A DNA stretch of 63,221 bases from Intoshia linei (Eukaryota; Animalia; Orthonectida): the NCBI GenBank assembly GCA_001642005.1, contig LWCA01000066.1, positions 1-63,221 of the forward strand, written 5' to 3'. Positions within the stretch are counted from its first letter, which is position 1. Each line of letters opens with the position of its first letter. Below the pieces are notes generated by a model. That model was not told the DNA's origin and did not search any database. It saw only the letters and a list, made by a program, of their open reading frames with translations. Positions 46,401 through 60,426 of this stretch are shown here, in pieces. The position numbers and the translations under genes are program-made.

Positions 46401-48779
46401 GAGTCCATATATCTGCAGATTTTAAATGAGTATATCCCGCAGCTTTTAACTCTTTTTTGCAAAAATCAACAACTAAATAAAAAATATATTTGAAATAATT
46501 TAAAATTATAAATATTTTAATCTAAACCAGCATTACAAAAATTATTAATTTAATTTTAATTATGTTTCTTGTTTAGTTTAATCCAACTGTTGCCAAATGG
46601 GCTACTGGGACCCATAATGGGTACAAGAAATAATCATTAATAATAAAAAAATAAAAATTAATTTGTAATAATATACTTAGTTCCTATGTATTTACGTCTA
46701 TTTGATAGTCTATGCGATTTTAGAGTTGCATATTTAAATATATGTACGTCCCTATTTCGTCAGTTCAATCATTAACGATTTTCAGATATCCATTTTTGGT
46801 CAAGTAGAGTTTTAACAATTTTAAATTTTAAAAAATTTTTTTTAATTAATTATGAAGTATGTTTGGAACCCCTGGTTTAAGCCCACACAATATAAACTTT
46901 TTATTCACAATTTCAAGCACAGTCATTTGAAAATTAAACTTCATCAAGTTTAAATTTAAATGATATTTTTGTTATCGTGCTATATACTTCAAATGTAGTA
47001 GTTGAAAAATATAGAAATGCTAACAAATTTCAAATGTTACCACACGCATAACGCATACAGCTTTTACTGTTCAAATTAAAAAAGCTGACGTTTAAAGTAA
47101 AATTAAAAATGATATCATATATAGTCTTCTTTTTCTTCGAATGACGTGGATCAAAGAGGTGTATAACCTGGAGGACAAGAGGCCAATATATGAGTAACCA
47201 AGGTGAAACTAAACAGCGAATACTGGACGCGTACGATAGTGGCGATTGGAAAGTTATGGCAGCTACGAATGGAGGCAATGGGGACTGACTATGGTTGGAT
47301 TGCAAAATGAGGTAGACCATCATTGCCAAAAGGTGGGTGCAGGTTAACAAAAATCAACGAATAGCATATAAACTGCATACTCGGTATTCTTTATTGTAAA
47401 AATTGAATAAGCGAAAACCATCAATGAACACTATATAATAAACAAATACAGGGAAAGATAATGGAAATATATAATACACTAGCTTGACTGTTATGTACTA
47501 CGTACAAACAGCACCTAGCTCTGTCGAGGGCACTCTTTTATTATACCAAAAAAATAAATTCATGTTGAAAATCTAACTTAAAAAATCCTACTATTCACTA
47601 TTATCAATCCTTTAAAAGAGTGGTTCCCAAATTTGTTTCAGGTGGAACCATCTTATCACATTACTTTTTACTTTAAAGTGAATTATTCCATCTTAATTTT
47701 TTTTGTTAACACATTTGTTAAAAATTTTAAAAACAATTGTTATCCCATATTTTTAATTTATTAGACAGAATCCTAACTTATATAATATGCTACACGATTT
47801 TTGTTTGTATGTGTGTGTTCAAAATTAAAAAAAAAGATTATTCTGATAGAGCTTATTCCAGTTAATAACTGCACCACCTGTAAATTTTTTTAAATTTTAA
47901 GGTTGTTTTCATTAAAAAAAGAAGGGTAATTTAGGGTTTTGACCCTGAAAATATAATTTTTTTAAATTTAAATGTATGATAATGTTTGATTTTAAAATCC
48001 GCATCAGCGTATATATTTTTTTAAATTCTCTAACTCGTTTGATTTTCAAAAAGAGGGAAAACTGGGGTTTTTGACCCTGTAAGATATGAAATTGGGAGGT
48101 TGGAATTTATCTTAATATACGTCCTGGAAAAAATTGTAATTGAAATAATTTAATGTGGTCTTCTAAAAGATTCTAAGACGGGTAGTTATTTAAATATAGC
48201 GTAACACACAGACACACACACAAACAAAAATCGCGTAGCATATTATATATGTTAGGATATAATATCTGTATTGACAAACACGGTTCATCACCATTTGGAT
48301 GGAAAAATGCGATATTTGAACCAGCGTGGAGTGTTGGAGTATATTAAAATATTTTATAAAACAGTATTTATCTGATATCATTTCAAATTTTACATTAAAC
48401 ATCCGCTTTGTTAAATTAAATTTGAATGTCAGTTTTGTTAATTTGGATATCAGTTTTTTTAATTTGAACCAAAAAGCTGTAGTGTATTTCAAATTGAATT
48501 TTTAGAAAATATTTATTAATTAAAAAAATAATTAATTTCCATTATAAAAATGGATGTTTTGATAATATAGATTTTAATCATCTTGTGTAATAATTTAATT
48601 TTCTAAATTTTAGCTTGCATATCATACTATGCAAGGACAATGAATGAGGTAAGTTTATATCTTTTATATTCTTAAATTTTCAAATTATCAAAACAAAAAT
48701 TACCATGATATGGAGTTGGACAGATATCCACAAACTGACAAAAGTCTTTGGCTCTTTGAATTATTTCCTGTGTCGTCAT
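43476..48779 (-). CDS. DNPEP: Aspartyl aminopeptidase (M18 family)
   Basis: Exon 1 [25 protein letters not shown]; [70 protein letters not shown]; last exon 43526-43476. Confidence 0.95.
47190..47370 (+). pseudogene. IS630/Tc1-type transposase N-terminal HTH fragment in DNPEP intron 1
   Basis: [45 protein letters not shown], with stops and a frameshift; locally GC-richer. Confidence 0.5.
47479..48257 (-). mobile_element. Complete non-autonomous Helitron with an internal inverted copy of its 5' end
   Basis: Minus strand A|TCCTAAC..CTAG|T with the same 3' hairpin as 8171-8684; the 5' terminal motif recurs inverted at about 47770-47815. Confidence 0.75.
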
Positions 48780-49831
48780 AATTTAATTTTAATTTTAAAC
48801 AAATGTGTAAATTGAAAATCCAAGTATGAATAAGTGATAACAACTTAAAAAAGTTTAAGCTAAAGTGTTTAAGCAGACAGAAATAAATACATTTTTATGA
48901 CAATAGTGTGATTGCACTTAAAAAAGCAATTACAAATGGTGATTGCTACTTTCAATTATTGTTACAATGCAAGACTTTCACTAAGCCATAGTGTAAGTGG
49001 AAGTATAGACTTAGTCACTTAGACACTTTATTAGTTAGACTACATTATAAATATTTAGTATCCGTAATTATAATTTCAATTTTTTTTAATTGTTTAATTA
49101 AAATAAATTTGTCACGTTTAGACAATATCTCGCAAACCAATGCGATACGATCATCTATTTTTGTGTATTTATTTATTTATTTCATAACACAAATTATTCA
49201 TTTATTGTTAGTAAATGATATTTTCATACGTTTCATTTAACGCAGGCTTGTTTGGTTTTGAGTCTACAGAGAACTAAATATTTTTTATTTAAACTAGGGC
49301 TAAATAAATTAACTTGTCTGTTTATAAGTGAGAGAAACAACAGATAGCTCTCATGATGGTACATATTTTAATCTTATCGGACCCACTATTGGATCTTCGC
49401 AGCCCTGATTGTATTGATTTATGTGTACAATTAAAATATCCCAAAATGTACCTTTGTTATGAAAACTACACATGATGGATAAAAAGACCTTAAAATTGCA
49501 GTAATGCAGTCACTCTGTAAAACAAAATTAAATGATAAATAATAAGTTTTGATAAACAGTTTTACATGCTATACATTTGATTAAAAAGAAATTAATATAA
49601 ATACACAAATAAAAAAAATCAATACAATAAATATAATTTGAATAATAATCAATATCCTAATGAAATTTTACAATTTTTAATTGAATATTTTACGCCCAAA
49701 ACCGTTTTCATTAATTTGTTTAAAAAACGAAACTTGATAATGTAATTTAATTTAGATTTGACAAAAAAATCGATAAAATCGTAATTTTTGATTAATCATT
49801 CATTCTTTTTATAATTTGTATATAAAATATT

Positions 49832-52800
49832 ATGGTTGAATCTTTTGAATTGAAGGGTATATTGGTTTAATTTTTAAATTCAATTGCTTATTTTTAGATA
49901 ATTACTCGGAAAATGCTAGTTTAGATTCAGTAGTATGTTTATAATTTAAAATACTCTTTAAATTTGACCTAAATTTCGGAAACTGAAACTTAGATATAAA
50001 AACCACTCACGATAAAATGTATTAGATGTGGATTTTTTTAAGTTCTACGATTATTGACTTTTTAAATAAACGGTAACACACAAACATTCAATTTTTATGC
50101 TCCATGTGGACCTAAATAACTAAATTTAAAAAATTAAAATGTTTAGAGAAAACATATGATTCAATATACAATCGCTGTTGATCCTGTTTACTACCATATT
50201 TCACTATTACCTCGAGAAAATTTTCTTTTTTAACTAATCTTTAACATTTTTGTAAGGAATCATACAAATTGCGTGCGACACTTCGTGGTAAAAAAAACTT
50301 TTTTGTATGATTTGTTCTTAATTAAAGTGGCCAGAAAAATACATACTATCACTTATAGTTTATTCGAGTTTATTTTTCATCGGGAATGCATAGATTTCTC
50401 GGGTTGAACTTTTGTATTTATATCAACTGGAATAAGCTCTATCAGAATAATCTTTTTTTTAGGTTAAACTTTTGTATTTATATCAACTGGAATAAGCTCT
50501 ATCAGAATAATTTTTTTTTTTAAATTTTCGGACCGTTGATTATTTCACATTTTTTGTTTTATTATTATCATTCATAAAATATTTCAAAAAAAAATAATAT
50601 CATACTAAAATGCTTTTTTGACCGCTTTTAATAAGAAGTCGTCACTTATTCGGATTAAAAATTTCTGTGTGTGTTAACAGGATACAACTGTACAACCTGT
50701 AAATTTTTTGAAATTCTAGGGCTGTTTTCATTAAAAAAGGAAGGGTAATTTGGGGTTTTGGCCCATAAGATATAATTTTTTTAAATTTAAATATATGATA
50801 ATGTTTATGATTTTAAAATCCGTATCAGCATATATATTTTTTAAATTCTCCAACTCGTTTGATTTTCAAAAAGAGGGACAATTTGGCAATTTTTACAAAC
50901 ACCAACTATTAATTTATAATAGTAATTACACTCTACTTAGTACATTCATATAAACCGTATCCACTTTTCATGGTCGTATATGCTCGATGATGTCATATGA
51001 TATTATTTATTTTTTGTTTGTTTATTTTCAAGTGTGTTCCTGTCATAGCATATGCTTTAAATTATAACTTAATTTTAATATATTAGCTACTATCAAACGA
51101 ACGAATTTCTGAATAATAAAAAAACACTCTTAAATTTGAATTTGGATGATATTTTTACTAAAAAATGTTATTTATCGTACTATATGGATCTGAAAAAATT
51201 TATTAAAGCGTAAAGCATATTTATTAATAACGATTTTTTATTTATTTATTAGATATTCTATACTACCTCCACAAAAACCAAAAGTTGATAGTATTATGAA
51301 TGAAATAGTGAGCGTATGCAAAAAAATTGGCTTAGAACAATACCAAAATACTATACAAAAAAAAACATACATACAAAAAAGTATAATTTGTATTTGTATC
51401 AAGTCAGATTCAAATTAAAATTTAAAAGCATTTTATTTTTGCGATGAGTGTACAAAAACCACAGTCTTTAAAAAATTACTATAAAAACATAATTTTTTTT
51501 AAATTCTAAAAATTAATTTAAATAAAAACACCATTTAATTACACATATTTTACATTTAAAAAAATATAATCCTAAAAATAAATTTATTGCAAATCTTCTA
51601 TTAGAGCTCTGTACGGACCGAAATTTTTGTACTCTTCCCACTTTAATTGACTACCTAATTTAAATGTTTTCTAATTTGTCTGTATGCCGGTCAATGTTTT
51701 AATTTGTATCACTCTGTAAATTAATATTCATGACCAATATTAGACAATTTAGTAAATTGAATTTATCTATGTATTAACGACAATATATAATCAAGTATCG
51801 ATATAAAAAAATCAAATTTAGATCAATCATTAAAATTGTAAATTTAACACTTTTTAATGAATCTCGCCAATACCTATCCATAAATATTATAAATATATTT
51901 TGTCTAAAATAATCATATTCTACGGGCGCCTGGGTTCATCCGCTACAAGGCTTTAGCCGTTATACTATTTAATTACTTTGGTATAACATTTATAATAAAT
52001 GCCATTTATAGTCATAATTTTAGATATTTTTAAGTTACAAAGATTTTGTTTGAATTTTTTGGGTGTCTCATGTTAGAAATATGCAAATTATCACTTTACA
52101 GCTAACGGTTCGACATTAATAACTCAGAGGAACAAATGTAAACAAAACTCAAACGTACATTGGAATAAAAGAAAAAAGCGTAAGCTTTTCAGTACATGTA
52201 TATAAAATTATAAACATCAATATATTGATAAATATTAAATAAAATATGTTGTGATTCACAACTTAAAAGTAATCTTTACGGGCTGGAGTTTTTTAAAATG
52301 AAACCTTTTTTGTGTAAACATTTGAATCCGTAATTCTTAATTGTTAAGTTGTAAAAACTCAAGAACTGTAGAAATTCGTTGTTGTAGTGTTAATTTAAAT
52401 TTTAAACAAAATATTTTGAAAATAAGAATTTGAGAATCAAAAATTGCGTAACAATGAAAAAAAACAAAGAAATCAATTATATAGATTTCTACCCATATTT
52501 ATTTATTGGAAATGTGTATACGTTCAATGCACTTTATTCATAAAAAAAATGAATATTAAAGTACTTTTTTGACCGTGAAGGCGTCAGTTATTAAGATTAA
52601 AATTTTTTGTGTGTCTTAACAGGATACAATTGTACCATATGTAATTTTCTTTTTAAATTTTACGGCTGTTTTCATTTAAAAAAAATGCTTATGTGGGGTT
52701 TTGATCGTTGAAATTATTTTTTTGACATTTCCATTTATCACAAGGTTAATGATTTTAAAAACTATCCCAGAATTTAAGTTTAAAAAAAATTTAGGATATT

Positions 52801-54960
52801 TCATGTTTAAAATAAAGGGTAATTTTGGCTTTTGACCATGAAAATATGTGTTTCTGAGGCTGAGATTCACGCCAATGTTAATGCTTTTAATACGCGTTCC
52901 AGGTGTATGTTTTATTAAATTTTTGGGTTGATTTTGGGCTGATTTTTTTTAAACAAAGGGGGAAATTGTGTTTTTGACCCTGAAGGACTCAAATCTAAAA
53001 CTGAAAAATGGATAAAAACACGTCTTGGGCAAAACGGTATTAGAAAGTGGGTATTTAAATCCTGCAGCTGTCAATTTTTTAAATAAATGGTTACACACAC
53101 ACAAACAAAAACAGACATTTATTACTATATAAGTAAAGAATACAATTTAATTTATCATTTTTTTTAGATTTTTATATTTTAATTTTAGATATACTGAGTT
53201 ATTCAAAAATGGTTTATAATCACCACATATAGACAATTGCAAGAGTTATAAAAACATTTACAAACTCTAGAATTGTAAAAAACGATAAAGCTACCATAAT
53301 ATAAAAATGTAGGATGTAAATAGAATTATAATTTATAAATAAACAACTACAGTAGCTTGACTTTTATGTACTTTGTACTTATGTACTATGTACTTTTAAT
53401 TCTACAAAAATTTTATTGTTTGGCACTACATTACTGTATTTGAAAATGAAAAATTGCGTAGCAACGAAAAAAACCGAAGGAATCAATTTATGAGATTTTC
53501 ACCCATATCTTTTTATTGGAAATGTGTATACTTACAATGCGCATTATTTTTTAAAATTGTAGGATGACTATTTTCCCTTTCATTTTTAATGCACACATTT
53601 GAAAAATATTGGTTGATAATATATTAAAATGTATTTTTTATCAGGAATGGTTAGCTTTCTGGGTTTGAAATTTTGTATTTTTATCAAGTGGAATAAGTTG
53701 TATAAAATTAATTTTTTGTTTTAATTGTCAAATGTTACTTATTTCCAATTATTTTTTTTAATAAAATAGTATCGAAACAAAAAATGAATACCAAAGTGTT
53801 TTTTTGAAAATTAAGGCGTCACTTTGTCAGTTTGAAATTTTTGCGTGTGTTAGTTGCATATAAATGTATCAAAGTTTTTTTTAAATAATTTGGCTATTTT
53901 CATTTTTTAAAAAAAAGGGTAATCTAGGTTTTAATCGTGAAAATGCACGTTATAGCGATTTTGATTTATAATAATCCTTATAACTTTAAAAAATATACTA
54001 GAATGTGTGATATTTAAAATTATACATGTAGGAATTATTTTATAGTACTTTTACGGTTAATATTTTACGCTTTAATTAATTTCATTAATATATTTTATTA
54101 GTATTTAGAGGTTACGTGGATAGAAAAAAAGTTAAATTAATGCGTTTTTCTAATAATCCATTATCAATCAAAAGTGTTATTATGATTCAATCATGTTATC
54201 GGAGATTGAAAGCTAGAGCTCAAAGGAGGCGATTTGAAATTGACAAAACACTACAAGAATCTTGTTTAACTGATACTAAAATATCTTTTGATGTTTTTAA
54301 TTCATTGTTGCTTATATACACAATATTATGTATTATAGGGTTTTAGACAGTTTTTAGTATAGATTCTATTGATCAATTAATAAATCAACTATTAAAAAAT
54401 TCTAGTAATGTTTAAGATTTTGACAAATTTATAATATATTAACTTATTTTTAGAGATTATTATTATTAATTTTTGTGAAATAAAATGGAAAAATCGCCCC
54501 AAGGGTAGCGATTCGTCCACCGTTGAGAACCCCTGGTATATAATGTGTTGAAACCAATTACCGTATGTCGATTTTGTTTTGTACAATATATTAACAATAT
54601 TGTACAATAATTGACTTGTAAAATATATAAAGTTGTCTAAAATCATATATTTACCATATACTATTAATATTGTTGTAATATATATATTAATGCTAATTTT
54701 TTTATTATAATTTATATTTTAGACAACTGATGTCAAAGAAAATGGATATGGTCAATTAATGCAAGAATTTATACACAGGTTATTCACATTTGTAAGCATA
54801 TTTATTTAAATTAAATTTAGTTGATCCGACAGCATTACTTCAATGTAATTTATTTCTTAGTACTCTTTTGCGAGTTTGACAATACAATTATATTGGTCAA
54901 ATTGCAAATGTATCAGATTAACAAGAATGTTAAATTTTATTACCAGCATTGGTGTTTTTA
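49832..54960 (+). CDS. Multi-exon IQ-motif protein (boundaries uncertain; may extend to about 58950)
   Basis: ATG exon at 49832 and several AG/GT-bounded open segments; exon near 54102-54290 VFRGYVDRKK..IMIQSCYRRLKAR carries IQ-like motifs. Confidence 0.45.
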
Positions 54961-57900
54961 TTACCAAAAATTTTTATAATAAGAAATAGAATTAAATTAT
55001 TATTGTTATTATTGAACCAGATTAAATTATTATTATTATAAATTATTACCAGAAATAATTAGTTTAATTTTGTAAAGTACATTATTATTTAATAAATCAA
55101 GCTTTTATCCCATCATTAATAATATTTAATAAAAAATACCATTTCAAGTCCTAGCTTAAAATCCCCTTTTTCGGATATTTTTTTGATTAATACGATTTTA
55201 CCAAATCTTCCGATAAAAAACTATTAATCCAACGACAAAATAAAAAAATCAATTTTATCAATCATAATGCAAAAAATCCCTTTTTCCGATATTATTTTGA
55301 TTAATCGAAAAACAAGATAAAATAAATAATAAATTTAATTATTTCACTAAAATTAAAAATTGAAATAAATGTTTTTTTGGCTGTATGTATTTTTATTTTA
55401 ACTAAGGCGATTTTTTTTAACCTATAAAAATAAAAAAAATTAACTTACAAATTGAATTTATTTAACTTTATTAACTTTTGGAAAAAAAAATTCACGTAGT
55501 GCTGTTTTTTCGTTAAATTTTTTTCTTAACAGTTATGAAATCTCTTATTCGCCATAATAATATTTCTGGGGCCTTGTCAGCTGTAGCACCGTTATATAAA
55601 TTTTAAAACATAATTGTATTGCCATTATTAGATAGTTCTGTTGTAGAACAAGCAGCGTTGTCTTATGTCCGTAAATAACAAATGCAGGGTTTCATAACCT
55701 TTTTTAAATTTAGTACCCGTTAGTCATATCCACTAGATGCAAAAGGTTTCCGATCCCTAATTTAAGTCTTAATAAAGATGTATAAAAAGTGTATTATTTG
55801 TTGTAGTACAAAATCAAATGTTTTTTAAAATTTTAAAACGAAATGTCACTTTTTTATATAAACAATTAAAATTATATAAACACGCCCATTAAATTCTTTA
55901 ACGCACCGTATCATGCGGTCTGTATGCTTTAGTTCCGTTTTTATTACTTTTATATTATTTTCATCTTATTTTTCAACTTGAATTAAAATTATTGATTAAA
56001 ATTTACTAGAAAATAAATTTATAATTATTATTACAATTTACAGGACTTAATTTTCAAATAAGGTATTTATTACAAATATTACGTAAGTAATTAGAATTTA
56101 GTAAATACTAAAACAATGCAAAAGCATTTGGAAGATTTGTTAAAAATACCAAATTTAAATTGAGTAATTTAAAAAAATTACTCAAAAAAAACCGATAGAA
56201 TCTAGTTAAAAAATTTATTCAAAAACCCCTTTTAAAAGAATTAAAGTTAATGTTTAGGAAATCGAAATTAGAAATAAATATGCTGAAATTTAAAATAAAA
56301 TGGGCGTATTTTAAAATACTGTTCATATTACGACTCCACGGCGTGGAGTCCACGCACATGTGGATTTTTTAAATATTGCCAATTTTAAGACTTCACGCAT
56401 ATATGTAGTTTTTAATATTTTAGATTTTAAAATTATACACATATGTGGAGTTTCGTGTCAAAGGGTTAATAAAAAAAGAACAGCAAAATTTTTGGACCTA
56501 TTTATTGCGTGCACTGCATGTTTGTTTGTTTATTTGTCTGTGTGCCTGTTCCAGTTTATTTAAGAAAGTAAGAGGATTCTAGCTTTAAAAATTCCATATT
56601 TCTATTACAGTTTTTCGAGAGTATTGTTTTATTGCAAATTTCATTTCAAAAATTGAGTCCTTCTATGTCAAAAACCACAATTGTCCTTATTTTTTTATAT
56701 TAAAACCCGTCATAGAATAAAAAATACACATTCTAATAAAATGTTTCAAATTCATCAATTTTATGATAATGTTCAATTTCAAAATCTTATATCTTTTCAG
56801 CCAAAACCCCAAATAACCCTTTTTTGTAAAAATTAGTATGTATATTATATGTATATTAGTAAAAATGTAGATAGTCCTAGAATTGTATACAATATAAATT
56901 CTTGAATGATTTTTAAATTCATAAGTATTATCATAAATGGTAACCTCAAAAAAGGTAATTTTCACGGTCAAAACCAGATTACCCTTTTTTTAAATGAAAA
57001 CTGTTCTAGAATTTAAAAAAAATTACAGATGATACTGTGATAAAATGTATCACAATCTTGCGCTTGCAATTTAAATAATAAATCTAGTAAAAAAACTTGT
57101 TTATTCTTTCATATTTTTGATGATGGCATTTTGAACTTAAACAAATTACTGAATCTTTGCATTTTATTTTAATACATGTTCCGACAAAAATTGCTTTTAT
57201 TTCTGATTTACACATTTGAATTTATTAATATTAATTAACGAATATATTTAAAGTTTGAATAGTTTTAAAAATAGTACACGACCCTATATTTTAATTAGCA
57301 AACTGTTGTTAGATTTACAATTATAATTATTGGTTAATGCAAGTTTTGTATTTGAAAGACTATTAGTATATAGTAGCTATATATATATAGACATAATATG
57401 CTACGCAATATTTGTTTGTGTGCGTTACCGTTTATTTTAATAACTACCGGTCTTAGAATTTTATAAATTCCACATTTCAAATACAGTTTTTTTGCAGAGA
57501 TCTTAGCAAAATAAATTTTAACCTCCTAAACTCACATCTTACTGGTCAAAAACCCCAATTGTTCTTTTTTTTGAAAATCAAACAAATTGGAAAATTAAAA
57601 AAAATATATATGCTGATACAGAGTTTAAAATCATAAACATTGTCATAAATTTAAATTTAAAAAAATTATATCTTCAGGGCCAAAACCACAAATTACCTTT
57701 TACGAACCTTTATAAAAAATAATGTCATGTTGGAATAGTATCACAAATTGTTCTACAGACCATGTTACTGAATACTGTTGGCAAATAATAAATTAAAAAA
57801 TTAAAAATTCAATACAAATAAGTATATAGACCAGGGTAGTGTTATCAAACCGATTTACCAAAATATAATTATCGGTTGTTCAAATGAGTGAGAATGTACT

Positions 57901-59516
57901 TTCTGTTATGTACTTATTATTATTATAAAAAAATATATATTATATTATATATTAAGCCACAGAAAAAAATTTAATAAAGAAGGGGACATATGTTGGTAAA
58001 TCTTATTTATAATAATTAGAATATCATATCGGATTATCGAAGTATATACTAGCTTTAGCTTATTACTTACTTCTAAGAATTAAAAATTATTGATAGTCAT
58101 TTGTGTCATGGCATTCGGTTTAATTTTTAGAAATTAGTCATTTATAGAATTAAAAAATTTCCTGGTACCATCAGATCGACCCCTCTTACGGATTAATCAA
58201 TAATAATTGTATTTACATGATAATGAAATGAAATTTTCATAATCGTCAATTGTGTTTTGTGAATAAATTCACAAGCTAAACAATATTTTTTATTCCATTC
58301 TTTCCATTCCTTCCATTTGACTTTACAAAAATAGAAATGTTGAAAATTTGATCATAATTCGTTTTAGTTAAATGATTATTTGACTATAATTACAAAGAAA
58401 ATGTAGTCAACTTTTAAGTGTTGAGGATATTCCATTATCCATGAGTTTTGTTATATTTGGTGGGATATTCCTAAAATAGTCCTTTATTTATCTAAAATTG
58501 AATGTCTGTGTGTTTGCTATCGTATATTAAAAAAATTTACAGTTGTAGAATTTAAATTTTAATAAACTATTAAATTTAAATTTCTATTTCAGTTTTTCTC
58601 AGAGATATTGATATTCATTTTTCAGTTACCGAAATTTGAGTCCATGAGAGTAAAAAACAATTTAGTTTTGATAAAAGTTAATCAATATTGCCTGTGATTA
58701 TCATTCGTCACAATTTTGGCATTGACCTGAAAATATACTTTTTATATCATTTTATCGACACTAATTTTAGAATAACAAACCCTTGCTTAACAACAAAAGA
58801 AAAAGGAGATGAAATGTATTTGATTTAAAATTTTACAGCTATAATCATAATATCATTAGCATCATCTCAATAGACAATTATTTACAGAACGAAAAAATTG
58901 ATCATGAAGATACGTTAAATAATTGCAATGGTCAAACTATCACAGAGAGGTGAGAAAAGGTTTTGGTAATTGATTTACCAAACACATCGAATAGAAAAAT
59001 CACTTTGGTAGTCATGTTCATTTAATAAATTCAAATAATTATTTGACAATTTTTAGGAAAAAATTAACAAAAAAAATATATTTTTAAAAATAGACAGATA
59101 TTTTACGAAATCAGTAACTGTATGGTTCCAATTTTTGAAATATTAATTTACTACATACATTAGTGTAGTTCATAAAACAATACAGTATTGTGTTATCTTA
59201 CTGTCAAGTAATAATCATAAATGTGTAAAGAATTAATGCAGTATACTCAAAATTGTGACCATTGTCCATTAAATACACATAAAAGTATATATCCTAATAC
59301 ACAATAACACGATCCTAATATACAACTAGTTTTTTAGAATTCAGATAAAGAATTATTGCAGAGCGCTATTTACAAGTACATTCTGAAAACAAATGAAATT
59401 TCGTAATTTTACAAATTATACTTGTAATTTATGTAAAAGTCTAACAAACGTAAAAACAAATTAATATTAACTTTAAAAATAAATATAATTTTGAAAAATG
59501 TTGTGAAAGTAAAAAA

Positions 59517-59589
59517 AGGTTTCGACGGGTTTTGAACCCGTGATCTTTTGCGTGTTAAGCAGATGTGATAACCACTACACCACGAAACC
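59517..59589 (-). tRNA. tRNA-Val (AAC)
   Basis: GGTTTCG/CGAAACC acceptor stem, D arm GTGTAGTGGTTATCAC, anticodon loop TTAACAC, T arm ACGGG-TTCAAAA-CCCGT, followed by an oligo-T Pol III terminator. One C-A mismatch in the anticodon stem. Confidence 0.9.
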
Positions 59590-59769
59590 GTTGAAATAGT
59601 GTTTCAGTGAAATTTAAAAGACAAATTTATTGTTTAAATTATTAATTAAAATATTAATTGTATACTAATTATTGTATTATTAATTAGTTTAGAGTCAAAC
59701 TATTTTACTCAAGGATAACTAACAGGTCCTAAATTAACAATAAATAAATTATTGTTTTTGAATGAGAAT

Positions 59770-60207
59770 ATTCTTAAACCAAACCATTTTTACTTAAATC
59801 GAACCATTTTTAATAAAAATCAAAATTTACTATCCTTTAAGGGAAAAACCCACTTTTACAAACCCCTAAGGAAAAATCGAGTTTTTATGGGATACTCTGC
59901 AATTCTGTAAAACTGGATTTTTCCCTTAAAGGTTGGTAAAACTGGAATTTTTTTTCTTTTAAGGTTGGTAAAAGCGAATTTTTCCGTTAAAGGTTGGTAA
60001 AACTAAAATTTTTTTTTAGGGTTGGTAAAAGCGGATTTTTCCCTTAAAGGTTGGTAAAACTGGAATTTTTTCTTTTAGGGTTGGTAAAACTAGAATTTTC
60101 CTTTTAGGGTTGGTAAAACTGAATTTTTCCGGTTAGTGTAGGTAAATTTTGATTTTTAGTAAAAATGGTTGAATTTAAGTAAAAATGGTTGGATTTTAGT
60201 AAACATC
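59770..60207. mobile_element. Foldback/MITE-like element enclosing a ~29-bp minisatellite (~8 units ending GGTTGGTAAAA)
   Basis: About 55-bp inverted arms (AACCATTTTTACTTAAAT..CAAAATTTAC / GTAAATTTTG..ATTTAAGTAAAAATGGTT). Related units at about 940-1110, 12590-12760, 39800-40260 and 55160-55300. Confidence 0.75.
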
Positions 60208-60228
60208 TTTTTTGAATTAACATCGCAT

Positions 60229-60426
60229 ATACTCGTACTCAGTGGACGATTAGTAGAACAGTATTAATTAATTAGATGGGCAAGTACATGTATATGAAGG
60301 TCATATTATGAACCCACTGGTTTTTTGAAAAGTTGATAACAGAATTTGGCTGATGCAAATACTAATGTTTTAATGCCTATTCTACATCGACTGAATTTTT
60401 TTGCGATCGAATTTTGGGCATCCGCA
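60229..60426 (+). ncRNA. Candidate Sm-class snRNA-like RNA (unassigned)
   Basis: Long interrupted stem closing a three-hairpin junction, directly followed by AATTTTTTTG and a 3' stem-loop; 5' end ATACTC. Confidence 0.4.

Noticed and set aside
50401-50520. 60-bp tandem duplication as a regulatory repeat
   Set aside because: The same segment occurs in Helitron-associated repeat interiors at about 28530, 47840 and 53670.
59905-60140. CRISPR-like or telomeric array
   Set aside because: Units are tandem with no unique spacers, there are no cas genes, and the context is eukaryotic. TTAGGG occurs only singly within units.
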